This document shows, one piece after another, positions 10,258 through 19,690 of a stretch of DNA of 64,000 nt. This DNA comes from a virus (lineage: Duplodnaviria > Caudoviricetes): the IMG/VR virus record IMGVR_UViG_3300014204_000113, positions 64,001-128,000 of that record. The stretch is one strand, 5' to 3'. The notes below the pieces were generated by a model. The model was given only the letters and a program-made list of their open reading frames with translations, was not told where the DNA came from and ran no database searches. The position numbers and the translations under genes are program-made. The stretch's first letter is position 1. Each line of letters begins with the position of its first letter.

Positions 10258-10724
10258 ACATATACTTTGCAGCGCCGCTATTCACAATGGCAGAAAAGGA
10301 ATGGAATAAGAAACTTGCAACTGCCATAGAAGAAAAAGATAAAGACATCAACATCTTTCTACCACAAGAAAATTCTGTATTTGATGAATATGGCGAATTT
10401 CTTTCAAAAGAAACATTTGATTCTGATTTGAAGGCCATAAACAAATCCGATTTGGTATTGGCGATTCTTGATGGTTCTGATGCTGATTCTGGCACTTGCT
10501 ATGAATGTGGTTATGCTTATGCCAGTGGAGTAAAAATTCTAGGTATAAGAACAGATTTTAGGTCTGGTGAAGAAGAAGGTCTGAATGTAATGTTAAAACA
10601 CGGAGTTGACGATTTAATATTCTACCCTTGTAATAATAATCCACATTTGAACCCACCAGATATTGATTATTTAGCATGGATGATAATTGAAAGAATAAAT
10701 AGTTTGTTTGGAGAAAAGTTATGA
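10254..10724 (+). CDS. nucleoside 2-deoxyribosyltransferase / nucleotide N-hydrolase family
   Basis: IYFAAPLF, FLPQE, D.DSGT.YECGYA. Confidence 0.85.
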   Translation: MNIYFAAPLFTMAEKEWNKKLATAIEEKDKDINIFLPQENSVFDEYGEFLSKETFDSDLKAINKSDLVLAILDGSDADSGTCYECGYAYASGVKILGIRTDFRSGEEEGLNVMLKHGVDDLIFYPCNNNPHLNPPDIDYLAWMIIERINSLFGEKL

Positions 10725-11312
10725 CCAAAGAGAAAGTACAAGAAGTTATAAAGAAGTATAGAAATTTATTTGATACTCTTAGAGAACACGACCATTCTTG
10801 GGAACATCTACATTGGATGACTTATCAAATGGAAGATATGTTATTTGAAGAAGATAACATGGAAAAAGTCATGAGATGGCTTGATTTTTTGCAAGGTGTA
10901 CTTTTTTGTAAAGGAGTTTATACAATCGAACAATTGAAAGAACACAATAGGAATAAGAAATGACTTATGTGTAGAAATATTATAATTTTGATAAATGTCA
11001 TAGGATTTTTAATTACTTTTGTTTGGATATGTATATTAGGATATTATGATAAAGACGAATTTAATGGTAATCTTTTAGGCATAACATTAAACGCTTTTAT
11101 TTGTAGTTTAGCTTGGCCTATCTTTATGATTATGGGACTTATTGAATTTATTGACACAAAAAATGGTTAAAAATTATGACCTATGATACTGGTTTTCAAA
11201 CTTTATGTCCAGAATGTGGTTTTTTGGCTGATAATTATCAAATAAGATGTTTTGGAAGATGTAAAGATTGTCAAGATAAGAAAGACAAAGAAAACAAAAA
11301 GGAGAAATAAAA

Positions 11313-11756
11313 ATGGCTACAACTTACACAGATGCACCAATCGAAGAAATGGCAAACAAACTGATTGAAAAGTATGAAGAACTTGAAGATTGCTTTGATG
11401 CAAAAATAAAATTTCTTTTCAAAGAAAGCGAAAAGTCTTCCTACATCGGCAAATGCAGTAAGGCGACAGGTAAATGGAAATTCTTGACAGGCGACCTTGA
11501 TTATGTAGTAGAAGTGTGGGAACCCTTTTGGAATGTGGCTACAGACAAACAAAAAGAAGCCTTGTTATATCACGAACTAAGACATATTGAAAAGAAAATC
11601 AAAGAGAATGATGATGGCGAAGAAACGGTAACATGGAAGGTTCGGAAGCATCATGAAGAAATTTTTGCAGATGAGATAGAACATTTTGGTGCATGGAATG
11701 ACGGCCTCAGCAATCTTATGGGTGCTTTCTTGGCACAAAACATTGGGAAAAGATAA
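11313..11756 (+). CDS. phage metallopeptidase
   Basis: ALLYHELRH zincin motif plus downstream RKHHEEIF. Confidence 0.7.
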   Translation: MATTYTDAPIEEMANKLIEKYEELEDCFDAKIKFLFKESEKSSYIGKCSKATGKWKFLTGDLDYVVEVWEPFWNVATDKQKEALLYHELRHIEKKIKENDDGEETVTWKVRKHHEEIFADEIEHFGAWNDGLSNLMGAFLAQNIGKR

Positions 11757-11916
11757 TGAAAATTAGATGGGAAGTTGAAGATGGTTATGTTGGCAAATCA
11801 GGACCACATTATCTTGAAATAGACGATGATGAGTTGGAAGGTTTGTCAAAAGAAGAAACAGAAAGTTATATCAACGATTCTGTTCAAGAAGAATTTGAAC
11901 AGAATGTTTATCCTGT

Positions 11917-12693
11917 GTGGGAAATTGTGAAAGAATGAAAGTTGGTTCATTGTTTTCCGGCATAGGTGGTCTCGAACTAGGCCTTGAATGGGCCGGGATG
12001 GAAGTAATTTGGCAAGTTGAATGGGATTCATTTGCCAGAAAAGTTTTGGAAAAACATTGGTTGGGAGTGCCTAAATATGAAGACATCAAAACAGTGGACT
12101 TTAAATCTTTGCCTAGGCCAGACCTCATTTGCGGAGGGTTCCCTTGTCAACCCGTGTCTTGTGCAGGGAAAAGACAAGGTGACAAAGATGAAAGGTGGCT
12201 CTGGCCGGAGTTCTATAGAGCCATTTGTGAAACTCAACCAAGATGGGTCTTGGTTGAGAATGTTCCCGGCTTACTCAATATTGACAATGGTAGATTATTC
12301 GGAAGAATACTTAAAGACTTGGCCAAAAGCGGGTATAATGCAGAATGGGATTTGCTCCCAGCAGCAGCCTTTGGTGCCCCACATTTACGGTATAGGCTCT
12401 TTCTTATTGCCTACCCCCAGAGTTTTCATGATATACAATGCTTTGAGGAAAAAGACAGAAGGGAACTGGAAAAACATTTTGAATCTGGAAGATGTGCTGC
12501 ACAGAAATGGGTTCAAGTTGCAACCAAATTTTGTGGAGTGGATGATGAAATTTCCAAAAGATTGGACAAAGACAGATTGAAATGCCTTGGAAATGCAGTT
12601 GTCCCTTCAGTTGTAGAATGGATTGGAAAAAGAATTATTGAATGTAATAATAAGATTGAAATTAATAAAGAAATAGAAATAATAAAGAAATAG
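11917..12693 (+). CDS. C5-cytosine DNA methyltransferase, large polypeptide (motifs I-VIII and X)
   Basis: SLFSGIGG, GFPCQ, ENV, RYR (motif VIII-like), LGNAV; no motif IX; likely start ATG 11935. Confidence 0.9.
   Translation: MGNCERMKVGSLFSGIGGLELGLEWAGMEVIWQVEWDSFARKVLEKHWLGVPKYEDIKTVDFKSLPRPDLICGGFPCQPVSCAGKRQGDKDERWLWPEFYRAICETQPRWVLVENVPGLLNIDNGRLFGRILKDLAKSGYNAEWDLLPAAAFGAPHLRYRLFLIAYPQSFHDIQCFEEKDRRELEKHFESGRCAAQKWVQVATKFCGVDDEISKRLDKDRLKCLGNAVVPSVVEWIGKRIIECNNKIEINKEIEIIKK
12017..12580 (+). CDS. nested alternative-frame ORF carrying the C5-MTase motif IX-like segment
   Basis: 187-codon open frame inside the MTase ending LQPNFVEWMMKFPKDWT; true start unknown. Confidence 0.65.
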   Translation: MNGIHLPEKFWKNIGWECLNMKTSKQWTLNLCLGQTSFAEGSLVNPCLVQGKDKVTKMKGGSGRSSIEPFVKLNQDGSWLRMFPAYSILTMVDYSEEYLKTWPKAGIMQNGICSQQQPLVPHIYGIGSFLLPTPRVFMIYNALRKKTEGNWKNILNLEDVLHRNGFKLQPNFVEWMMKFPKDWTKTD

Positions 12694-12962
12694 AAGTAAT
12701 AAAGGAATAAATAATGTTTGACTACAACAATATGTTAAATCTTGGTAATGGCATATCGTCTATGGCTCAACAATATGATTTGTTGCATAAACTTGATAAA
12801 TGTTTTGAATTATTAAGTGGATGGCAACAACCAGTACATAGAAGATTAACAGGAAAAGAAGAACGTCAACGAAGGTTTGATGAAATTTTTATCAAAACAT
12901 TTATCAAAGATGTTGCTATGGCTTTAACTGGTGACAGAATAGAATTTATAAAGGAATAAATA

Positions 12963-13871
12963 ATGCCACTACATTTGTCAATGCGTCCTGATTCACTACA
13001 AGGCCTTCTTGGCAACGAACATATCAAAGAAAGTTTAAAGAATATTTTTGAGAGTGAAGATAAACCAAGAACTTATTTGCTTTATGGTAAAACCGGTACA
13101 GGCAAGACGAGCCTATCTCGCATCATAGCCAAAGAACTTGGTTGCAATATGGAAATGGATTTCCAAGAATTAAATATAGCAGAAGCAAGGGGGATAGATT
13201 CTGCTCGTGCCATTATGGAAGATATGAGATATTTTCCAAGAGGTGGACCAATCAAAGTTTATGTATTGGATGAAGTTCAAGGCAGCGTGTCAGGCTTCCA
13301 AGAGGCTTTGCTTAAACCGCTTGAAGATACACCATCTCATGTAGCTTTCATCCTAACGACTACTGATCCACAAAAATTAAAGGCCACTATTCGCAATCGT
13401 TGCAGCCAATTTGAACTAATGCCTTTGCCAACAGTCTTAATCAGAAAATTACTTAATAACGTCTTGGAAAAAGAAGGCGTAGAAACATTTCCAAAAGAAG
13501 CCATTAATATAATTTCTGAATTGAGCAATGGTTGTCCAAGAGACGCTTTGCAACTTCTTAACCAAGTCATAGATATACCAACAGATGAAGGTGTCATAGC
13601 ATTTCTTAAAGAAAAGAAAGCATCTGAGGAAGCAACTGAAAGTCTTGCCAAATTATTGTTGCAGAAAGCAGATTGGAAAGAAGTATCTAAGGCGTTAAAA
13701 GCGATGAAAGAGCAAGATTCAGAAAAGACAAGAAATGCCGTATTGGGATATTGTAGTAAGGTATTGTTAGATAATGGGAATAAGAGAGCAGGGATGATCA
13801 TGGATATTTTTGCATCTCCGATGTATTCATTTAATTTATTGGTATTGGCCAGCTATAAGGTGATATTGTGA
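12963..13871 (+). CDS. clamp-loader AAA+ ATPase (DnaX/RFC-like)
   Basis: RP, GKTGTGKT Walker A, LDEVQ Walker B, ALLKPLE, TIRNRC, G.PRDAL. Confidence 0.88.
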   Translation: MPLHLSMRPDSLQGLLGNEHIKESLKNIFESEDKPRTYLLYGKTGTGKTSLSRIIAKELGCNMEMDFQELNIAEARGIDSARAIMEDMRYFPRGGPIKVYVLDEVQGSVSGFQEALLKPLEDTPSHVAFILTTTDPQKLKATIRNRCSQFELMPLPTVLIRKLLNNVLEKEGVETFPKEAINIISELSNGCPRDALQLLNQVIDIPTDEGVIAFLKEKKASEEATESLAKLLLQKADWKEVSKALKAMKEQDSEKTRNAVLGYCSKVLLDNGNKRAGMIMDIFASPMYSFNLLVLASYKVIL

Positions 13872-14350
13872 AGGATGTTCATTTTAGCTCTGAGTCTAAT
13901 GAATGGGAAACTCCAGAAAAACTTTTTGATCAATTGAATAAATTATATGGACCATTTGATTTAGACCCATGTGCTACTAATAAAAACTTTAAATGTGATA
14001 AATATTATACTAAAGAAGATGATGGATTGACCAAAACTTGGTTTGGTAAAGTATTTATGAATCCACCTTATGGGAATCAAATTAGTAAATGGATTGAAAA
14101 AGCATATAATGAAAGTTTAAGAGGTATTGAAATTGTTTGTTTAATACCAGCAAGAACTGACACTTCATATTTTCATAAATTTTGTCTTAGATACGGAACC
14201 ATAATTTTTTTAAAAGGAAGAATAAAGTTTAAAAATAGAAATTTTAAAATTAATTCAGCACCATTTCCTTCTATGATTGTGATTTTTCCAAAAATAGAAA
14301 TTAAAGAAAACCCAAAATTTTATCAACTAACTTTGAAAGATTTATCTTAA
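13868..14350 (+). CDS. phage DNA N6-adenine methyltransferase (paralog of 6311)
   Basis: EWETP, LDPCA, FMNPPY, LIPARTDT. Confidence 0.9.
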   Translation: MKDVHFSSESNEWETPEKLFDQLNKLYGPFDLDPCATNKNFKCDKYYTKEDDGLTKTWFGKVFMNPPYGNQISKWIEKAYNESLRGIEIVCLIPARTDTSYFHKFCLRYGTIIFLKGRIKFKNRNFKINSAPFPSMIVIFPKIEIKENPKFYQLTLKDLS

Positions 14351-14355
14351 ATCAA

Positions 14356-14431
14356 GCGGGAATAGCTCAATTGGTAGAGCGCAGACCTTCCCGGTCTGAG
14401 GTTGAGTGTTCAAACCACTCTCCCTGCTCCA
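14356..14431 (+). tRNA. tRNA-Gly(TCC), atypical
   Basis: cloverleaf GCGGGAA...TCCCTGC-T-CCA; anticodon stem CAGAC/GTCTG, loop CT-TCC-CG; T-arm GAGTG-TTCAAAC-CACTC. Confidence 0.8.
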
Positions 14432-14485
14432 ATTTCAAGAGTTTAAAAATTCTGCCTCTAGAGTACAAAAAATTGAACTTTTCAC

Positions 14486-14514
14486 TTGCGCTCACCTTCC
14501 AGAAATTCTATAAT
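14486..14514 (+). promoter_or_regulatory. sigma70-type promoter
   Basis: TTGCGC-17-TATAAT; AAATTCTAYAAT shared with the 17374 and 39588 promoters. Confidence 0.65.
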
Positions 14515-14536
14515 ATAGTCAGGAGAAAGAAACACC

Positions 14537-14818
14537 TTGAAACTTCTAATCAAGCATTTCCCACAAATTCCCTGCAAGCCGTTTGAAGTCCCAGTAGAAA
14601 GCATTGAAGAAGCAGTCAGAATTATGGATATCTTGGCTGATTATGACTTGTTCCAATTCTACAATAAAATCAAACCAGACTATGCGAATATTACTGGTCT
14701 TTATATGTGGAATGATGAGGAAAAAGATTGGGAAGATTGGTATATTGAATTAGATGGTAATTACTTTGATGATCCACAGGAATATCTGGAATATTTAGAA
14801 AATAAAAAGGAGGAATAA
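14537..14818 (+). CDS. superinfection-exclusion-like protein (P22 gp17-like)
   Basis: PQIPCKPF.V.V...YDLFQ...IKPDYAN..GL resembles that family from memory. Confidence 0.5.
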   Translation: MKLLIKHFPQIPCKPFEVPVESIEEAVRIMDILADYDLFQFYNKIKPDYANITGLYMWNDEEKDWEDWYIELDGNYFDDPQEYLEYLENKKEE

Positions 14819-15296
14819 ACATGTTGGGCTCCTATTTCGACCCAGAGTTTTTCTGCCCTTCTTGTGATTGGGTTGGGGAATGGGAAGAAACTATTCAAGA
14901 AAATAAAGTTTTGAAAATTGGTATTTCTAAAATTAATAAGTGTCCACAATGTCTTACAGAAGTTAGAGAAATAAATCCAAAAGACAACAAAAGATACATA
15001 GAAGATATATAAAAACTTTAACTATATAACAGGAGAAATTAATTAATGCCTAAATTTAAAGTGCGCCATTTGATGTTTGTTCCTTATTGGGTCTATACCG
15101 AAGTTGAAGCAAAAAGTGTAGATGATGCCATTGAAGAATGGAACGAATCAGAAGAGCCAGGAGAAATTGATTTTGACAATATGCCAGAAGATATTGATTT
15201 TGTTTATGACTTTGACGCGGCTGAAATAGAAATAAATGGTGAGTTTTGTCCTATCTATGAGTCTGAAGATGATGAAGATGGAATTGTGGGGAATGC

Positions 15297-15839
15297 GTGA
15301 TGGAAAACGATTATGCTAAAGATATTTTTATTGATGAAAACGATCTTGTAGGTGAGTGGTTGGATCACGGAAATAGAGTTTATCATTATAATAAACTTTC
15401 TGCCAACGCCAATGATGAACGCGATAGGGCTAAAGAAAAATTAAGTGTTGTTGAATCGGAACTACTACTCAAAGTGAAAAGTGATCCTGAAAAATTTATT
15501 CCAAATATTGCTATTAATAAGATAAGCGAAGCTACATATTCTGCTTGGATAAAAACACAACCGGAATATAAAGAAGCATTGGAAGATTATCTTAAGAAAA
15601 AACACAATAGCAGCATCTTGGGCGGGGCAGTAAACGTTTTTGATTCACATAGAAAATACGCCTTGAGCAACCTTGTCAATATGTTGCTTGCGGGATTTTT
15701 TTCTGTTCCAAGAGTGAAAGATGAATTCAAGAAAGAGGTTGAAGAAGATTGCAGAAAGGTTCAACTTGAAGGACTAAAAGATATGGGACCACAACTAAAA
15801 ACATTGAAAAGGAAGAAGAGAGATGCAGGAGCAAATTAA
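15297..15839 (+). CDS. UvsY-like recombination mediator (putative)
   Basis: helical protein with IDE..L..E pattern located upstream of SSB and RecA. Confidence 0.5.
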   Translation: MMENDYAKDIFIDENDLVGEWLDHGNRVYHYNKLSANANDERDRAKEKLSVVESELLLKVKSDPEKFIPNIAINKISEATYSAWIKTQPEYKEALEDYLKKKHNSSILGGAVNVFDSHRKYALSNLVNMLLAGFFSVPRVKDEFKKEVEEDCRKVQLEGLKDMGPQLKTLKRKKRDAGAN

Positions 15840-16329
15840 TTTAATAATTAATCAAATAGTTGATGTTGTTGAAAACATCGGCGAAAACGAAAAGTTGTGG
15901 ACTTCGCTCACCAAAATAATGAATAGAGCGAAGAGCAGTGCAATTGAAGTTGGTGCTACAAACAAAGAAGCAATCGCTTTTGCTTTAAGACTTGGTGAAC
16001 AATTTCAAATTGCTAAACCAACATAATTGATTATGAAACACATAGACTATTCAATTATGCAACAAAACGGAATGGTGGAATATCCAGATGGCGAATGTTC
16101 GCATGGTTATCCAGAAGACATAGATTGCCCAGATTGCATTGAAGACAAATATAATGACGAAATTATAGCCTTAGAGGAGGAATTAAACAATAGAGATAAA
16201 TTACTTTTAAAAATAAAGGATTTCTTATTTGGTTTATCTACTTCAACAAAAGCAATTGGTTTATGGGAAGAAATAGAAGATTTGCTTCCTGAAGACGAGA
16301 GGGAACTTTAAATTTTAAGGAGAAGAAGC

Positions 16330-17349
16330 ATGAGTTTATCAGAAGAACAAAGAAAGAAATTGTATGATGACCACTCTATGGACGGAGCACACCAACAATC
16401 TTACAACAGCAGGGATGCAGGTGGTTTCAAAGGTATCTTTGACAGGGAAAAATGTCAGAAGTATGGAGTCAATTTTTGGAAGCCACAAGCGGGTGAACAT
16501 TTAATTGACATTCTTCCATATCTGTCTGGTGAAAATGCGCCTTATGTGGATGGGGTAAAAGCTAAACCCGACTCTCCAGCTTATGTAGTGGACATCTATG
16601 TGCATCAACGGGTCAATGTAAACAATGACCAGTATATTTGTCTTACCAAGTCATATCGCAAGCCTTGTCCTATTTGTGAAGCGATGGAAAAAGGCGATTA
16701 TTCCGCGGAAGAATTGGATGAAATGCGTCCTAAACGCAGAACCATTTACGCCATTATGGATTTGGACGCTACTTCTAAAGGAATTCAAATTTGGGAATTG
16801 GCTCACTGGTTCATGGAAAAGAAATTGCAGTATCGGGCCAAAAGACCTCGCGGCGGCGGATATGTAAACTACTCTCATGCCAAAAACGGAAAGTCAATTG
16901 CTTTTTCTATTACTGGAAGTGGGTTGAAAAAAGCGTTTGAAGGCCACGACTTCATTGATAGGGACGGACCCATTGACGAAGAAATTCTAGCTAAAGTTCC
17001 TTGCCTAGATGACTTGCTTCATATCCCGGAATATGATGAAGTCAAGAGAGCGTTTGAAAGTATGCAAGAAGAAGAACCGGAAGAAAGACAAGAAAGAGAA
17101 CCAGAACCAGAAAGAACAATGAAGTATGCGCCAGAACCAGAACATGAATATCCTGGTGATAAGAAAGAAGTAAAAGAAGCTGCAACAAATGAAAGCAATA
17201 AATGTCCAATTGGGGTGACATTTGGGGCGGACTTTGACCAATACGAAGATTGTGATGAGTGCATTGTCCGCATTGAATGTAAACGAGAAAAAGAAGGACC
17301 GCCTAAAGATAATGTAACACCGATGCCGCGGCGCAGAAAGAAAGAATAA
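16330..17349 (+). CDS. single-stranded DNA-binding protein (gp32-like) with C-terminal Cys motif
   Basis: FWKP, ILPY, H...C..CPIC Zn site, acidic linker, position before recA. Confidence 0.65.
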   Translation: MSLSEEQRKKLYDDHSMDGAHQQSYNSRDAGGFKGIFDREKCQKYGVNFWKPQAGEHLIDILPYLSGENAPYVDGVKAKPDSPAYVVDIYVHQRVNVNNDQYICLTKSYRKPCPICEAMEKGDYSAEELDEMRPKRRTIYAIMDLDATSKGIQIWELAHWFMEKKLQYRAKRPRGGGYVNYSHAKNGKSIAFSITGSGLKKAFEGHDFIDRDGPIDEEILAKVPCLDDLLHIPEYDEVKRAFESMQEEEPEERQEREPEPERTMKYAPEPEHEYPGDKKEVKEAATNESNKCPIGVTFGADFDQYEDCDECIVRIECKREKEGPPKDNVTPMPRRRKKE

Positions 17350-17373
17350 AGAGAAACTTTTTCTACTGACCTA

Positions 17374-17402
17374 TTGACAAATTTTGGGAAAAATTCTACA
17401 AT
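17374..17402 (+). promoter_or_regulatory. sigma70-type promoter upstream of recA
   Basis: TTGACA-17-TACAAT. Confidence 0.7.
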
Positions 17403-17482
17403 AAAGGTAGTCAAAATTTCCATTTCCCATCCTCCTAAACCCCTAACCCTGTCCCATCTGAAAATGGTGGGGCAGGAACTTT

Positions 17483-18586
17483 ATGGAGTTTATAATGCCA
17501 CCAAGAAAGAAAACAGATGATGTTGTAAATCAAATCAAAGAAGTTGCAAATAGTCCTGTGAGAAAAGATGATGAACGAGTTGAGTTTTTGAACAGTGGTT
17601 CAACTTTATTAAATTTAGCTGCTTCACAAAAAGGTAAAGATGGTGGATGGGCGCGAGGGAGAGTAATTAATTTGGTTGGTGATTCTAGTTCTGGGAAAAG
17701 CGCCCTTGCATTAGAAGTTTGTGCTCAAAGTCTTTACAATATTAAAAATATAGAATCTAAAATATATCCAAAACCTCAAAAGGTTTCAATAGTTTACAAC
17801 AATGTTGAAGGCGTAATGGATTTTCCAATTTCACAAATGTTCGGTGAGAAATTTAATAATGAAATCGAATGGATACAAACACCAACTTGTGAAGGTTTTG
17901 GTAAAGATTATCAACAAAGAGTCCGTAATTTAAAATCTGGAGAATTTCTTTTATATATTTTAGATTCAATTGATGCTTTAACAACAGAAGCTTCTTCAGA
18001 AAGAATGGATCAACTTTTAACCGATAAAAAAGTTGGTGGTTCTTATGGTTTAGAAAAACCAAAATTTTTTTCAAGTGAATTTTTCAATCATTTATGTGGA
18101 ATAATGAAAGGAAAAGATTCAACACTAGTTTGTATCAGTCAAGTTAGACAAAATATTGGCATAATGTTTGGGGAAAAACTTACAAGAACTGGTGGGAAAG
18201 CTCTAGATTTTTATGCACATCAAGTTTGTTGGTTGGCAACCATTGAAAAAATGAAGAAAACTTTTCGTAATCAAGATAGAATTTATGGAGTAAAAATAAG
18301 AGCACGTTTTAAAAAAAATAAAACAGCAATACCTTATAGAGAATGTGATTTTAGTATTATTTTCAATTTTGGAATTGATGATGTCAATTCAATGTTAGAT
18401 TTTTGTTTTGGTCCAAAAAGCAAGGAAATGACTTGGAATGACCAAGAAATGAAACGAGGAGATTTAGTAGAATTAATTGACAACTCAAAGGAGGATTATT
18501 TACTGCTACAAGAACTGACTGAAAAAATTTGGCATGAAATAGAGGAGGGAATAAAACCACGAAGAAAAAACAGGTTTATTGATTGA
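17483..18586 (+). CDS. recA: RecA/UvsX-like recombinase
   Basis: GDSSSGKS Walker A, LDSIDAL, ISQVR, GGKALDFYA, KNK. Confidence 0.9.
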   Translation: MEFIMPPRKKTDDVVNQIKEVANSPVRKDDERVEFLNSGSTLLNLAASQKGKDGGWARGRVINLVGDSSSGKSALALEVCAQSLYNIKNIESKIYPKPQKVSIVYNNVEGVMDFPISQMFGEKFNNEIEWIQTPTCEGFGKDYQQRVRNLKSGEFLLYILDSIDALTTEASSERMDQLLTDKKVGGSYGLEKPKFFSSEFFNHLCGIMKGKDSTLVCISQVRQNIGIMFGEKLTRTGGKALDFYAHQVCWLATIEKMKKTFRNQDRIYGVKIRARFKKNKTAIPYRECDFSIIFNFGIDDVNSMLDFCFGPKSKEMTWNDQEMKRGDLVELIDNSKEDYLLLQELTEKIWHEIEEGIKPRRKNRFID

Positions 18587-18706
18587 GGTTAGGTTTGGTT
18601 AGGTGGGGTCCGGTAAGGTGAGGTAAGGTGAGGTGTGATGAGGTTGGGTAAGGTGGGGTGAGGTAAGGTATGGTAAGGTACGGTATGGTAGGCTAGGGTG
18701 AGGTAT
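18587..18706 (+). ncRNA. GGT-NN pentamer array A2 (24 units), putative guide RNA
   Basis: starts at the base after the recA stop; NN = TA TT TA GG CC AA GA AA GA GT GA TG AA GG GA AA AT AA AC AT AG AG GA AT. Confidence 0.88.
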
Positions 18707-18711
18707 GGATT

Positions 18712-19026
18712 TTGCGACTTAAATTTGAAAGTTGTTTTGAAACTCAATTTCGGGAAGAACTTGAAAGTCGTGGATTCATAAAGAATAAAGATTTCATACA
18801 AGAATTTCCAGTTCGGTATCCAACCCGAATAATCGACTTTGTATTTTATGACAAAAAGGTTGGTGTTGAATTGGATGGTCCACATCACATTGGTAAGAAA
18901 AAGTATGTTGACAAGTGGAAAGATGAAAAAGCAATAAAACAAGGATGGGTTATTGTAAGATTTGATTTGGAGCAAATGAAAGATATCAAGAATTGTGTTG
19001 ATATGGCTTTAAGTTTGATTAAATGA
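18712..19026 (+). CDS. DUF559/Vsr-like PD-(D/E)XK endonuclease
   Basis: E...QEFPV...IIDF...VELDGPHH...D..KD.....GW.IVRF; TTG start with GAGGT RBS inside the array. Confidence 0.8.
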   Translation: MRLKFESCFETQFREELESRGFIKNKDFIQEFPVRYPTRIIDFVFYDKKVGVELDGPHHIGKKKYVDKWKDEKAIKQGWVIVRFDLEQMKDIKNCVDMALSLIK

Positions 19027-19033
19027 ATTTTAT

Positions 19034-19093
19034 GGTGCGGTTGGGTCTGGTGTGGTACGGTTTGGTCAGGTATGGTCAGGTAGGGTAAGGTAT
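19034..19093 (+). ncRNA. GGT-NN pentamer array A3 (12 units)
   Basis: NN = GC TG CT GT AC TT CA AT CA AG AA AT; directly upstream of the RAMP-like gene. Confidence 0.85.
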
Positions 19094-19122
19094 GGGTTTT
19101 TCTATACTCAAATTAAAACAAG

Positions 19123-19653
19123 ATGGAGAAACAAATCATGGAGTTGACAAGAATTAAAGTAACAGTTCATGGAACAAAACCTCTTTTGGTGCATCGTTTT
19201 GCGGAAGAAGAAAGCGGCAAATCCAGGAAGAAAGCAACTGAGGATTCAAAAACGCAGGCAGAAAAGGCTCTTTACACAAATGCAGATGGACCTTATGCAC
19301 CATCTTCTTGGTTTGAAGGAGCTATGGTTAAAGCCGGTGTAAATTTCTCGTTGCGCGGCAAGAAAACTTACAAAGATTTGGTTAAAAGTGCGGTTGTGGT
19401 GACACCAGAAGAAATTCCTCTACGCAACGAATGGGAAGTAGATTCTCGTCCTGTTGTGATTAGCGGCAGGATTATGCGCCATCGTCCTAAATTTAAAGAA
19501 TGGTCGGCAGAATTCACAGTTGAAATTACAGACCCGCAATTACCAGCAAATGTCTTGCAAGACATTTTGAAAGATGCAGGACAATATTGTGGCGTGGGTG
19601 ACTACAGACCCAAGTTTGGTACTTTTGAAATTGTTGAATTTAAAGAAATTTAA
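19123..19653 (+). CDS. stand-alone RAMP/Cas7-like protein, paralog 1 (GGT arrays)
   Basis: VHGTKPLL, PSS, DSRPVV...RIMRHRPKF..W, C-terminal G-loop AG..CGVGDYRPKFGTF. Confidence 0.8.
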   Translation: MEKQIMELTRIKVTVHGTKPLLVHRFAEEESGKSRKKATEDSKTQAEKALYTNADGPYAPSSWFEGAMVKAGVNFSLRGKKTYKDLVKSAVVVTPEEIPLRNEWEVDSRPVVISGRIMRHRPKFKEWSAEFTVEITDPQLPANVLQDILKDAGQYCGVGDYRPKFGTFEIVEFKEI

Positions 19654-19690
19654 TTGATAATTTATGTAGCAATAAAATTTAATTATTCTA

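Noticed and set aside
14371-14586. 71-aa ORF
   Set aside because: Overlaps tRNA-Gly and a promoter; spurious
18589-18975. Minus-strand ORFs with P/Y/H/T/L-rich repeats (also 4874-5230, 24554-24793, 52171-52422, 52453-52674, 62407-62598)
   Set aside because: Translation by-products of the pentamer arrays and antisense shadows of real genes; no RBS or protein-like signal
19123-19653. RAMP genes as part of a conventional type I/III/IV CRISPR-Cas operon
   Set aside because: No cas5/6/8/10/1/2 and no CRISPR array in the window; each gene is solitary and tied to pentamer arrays
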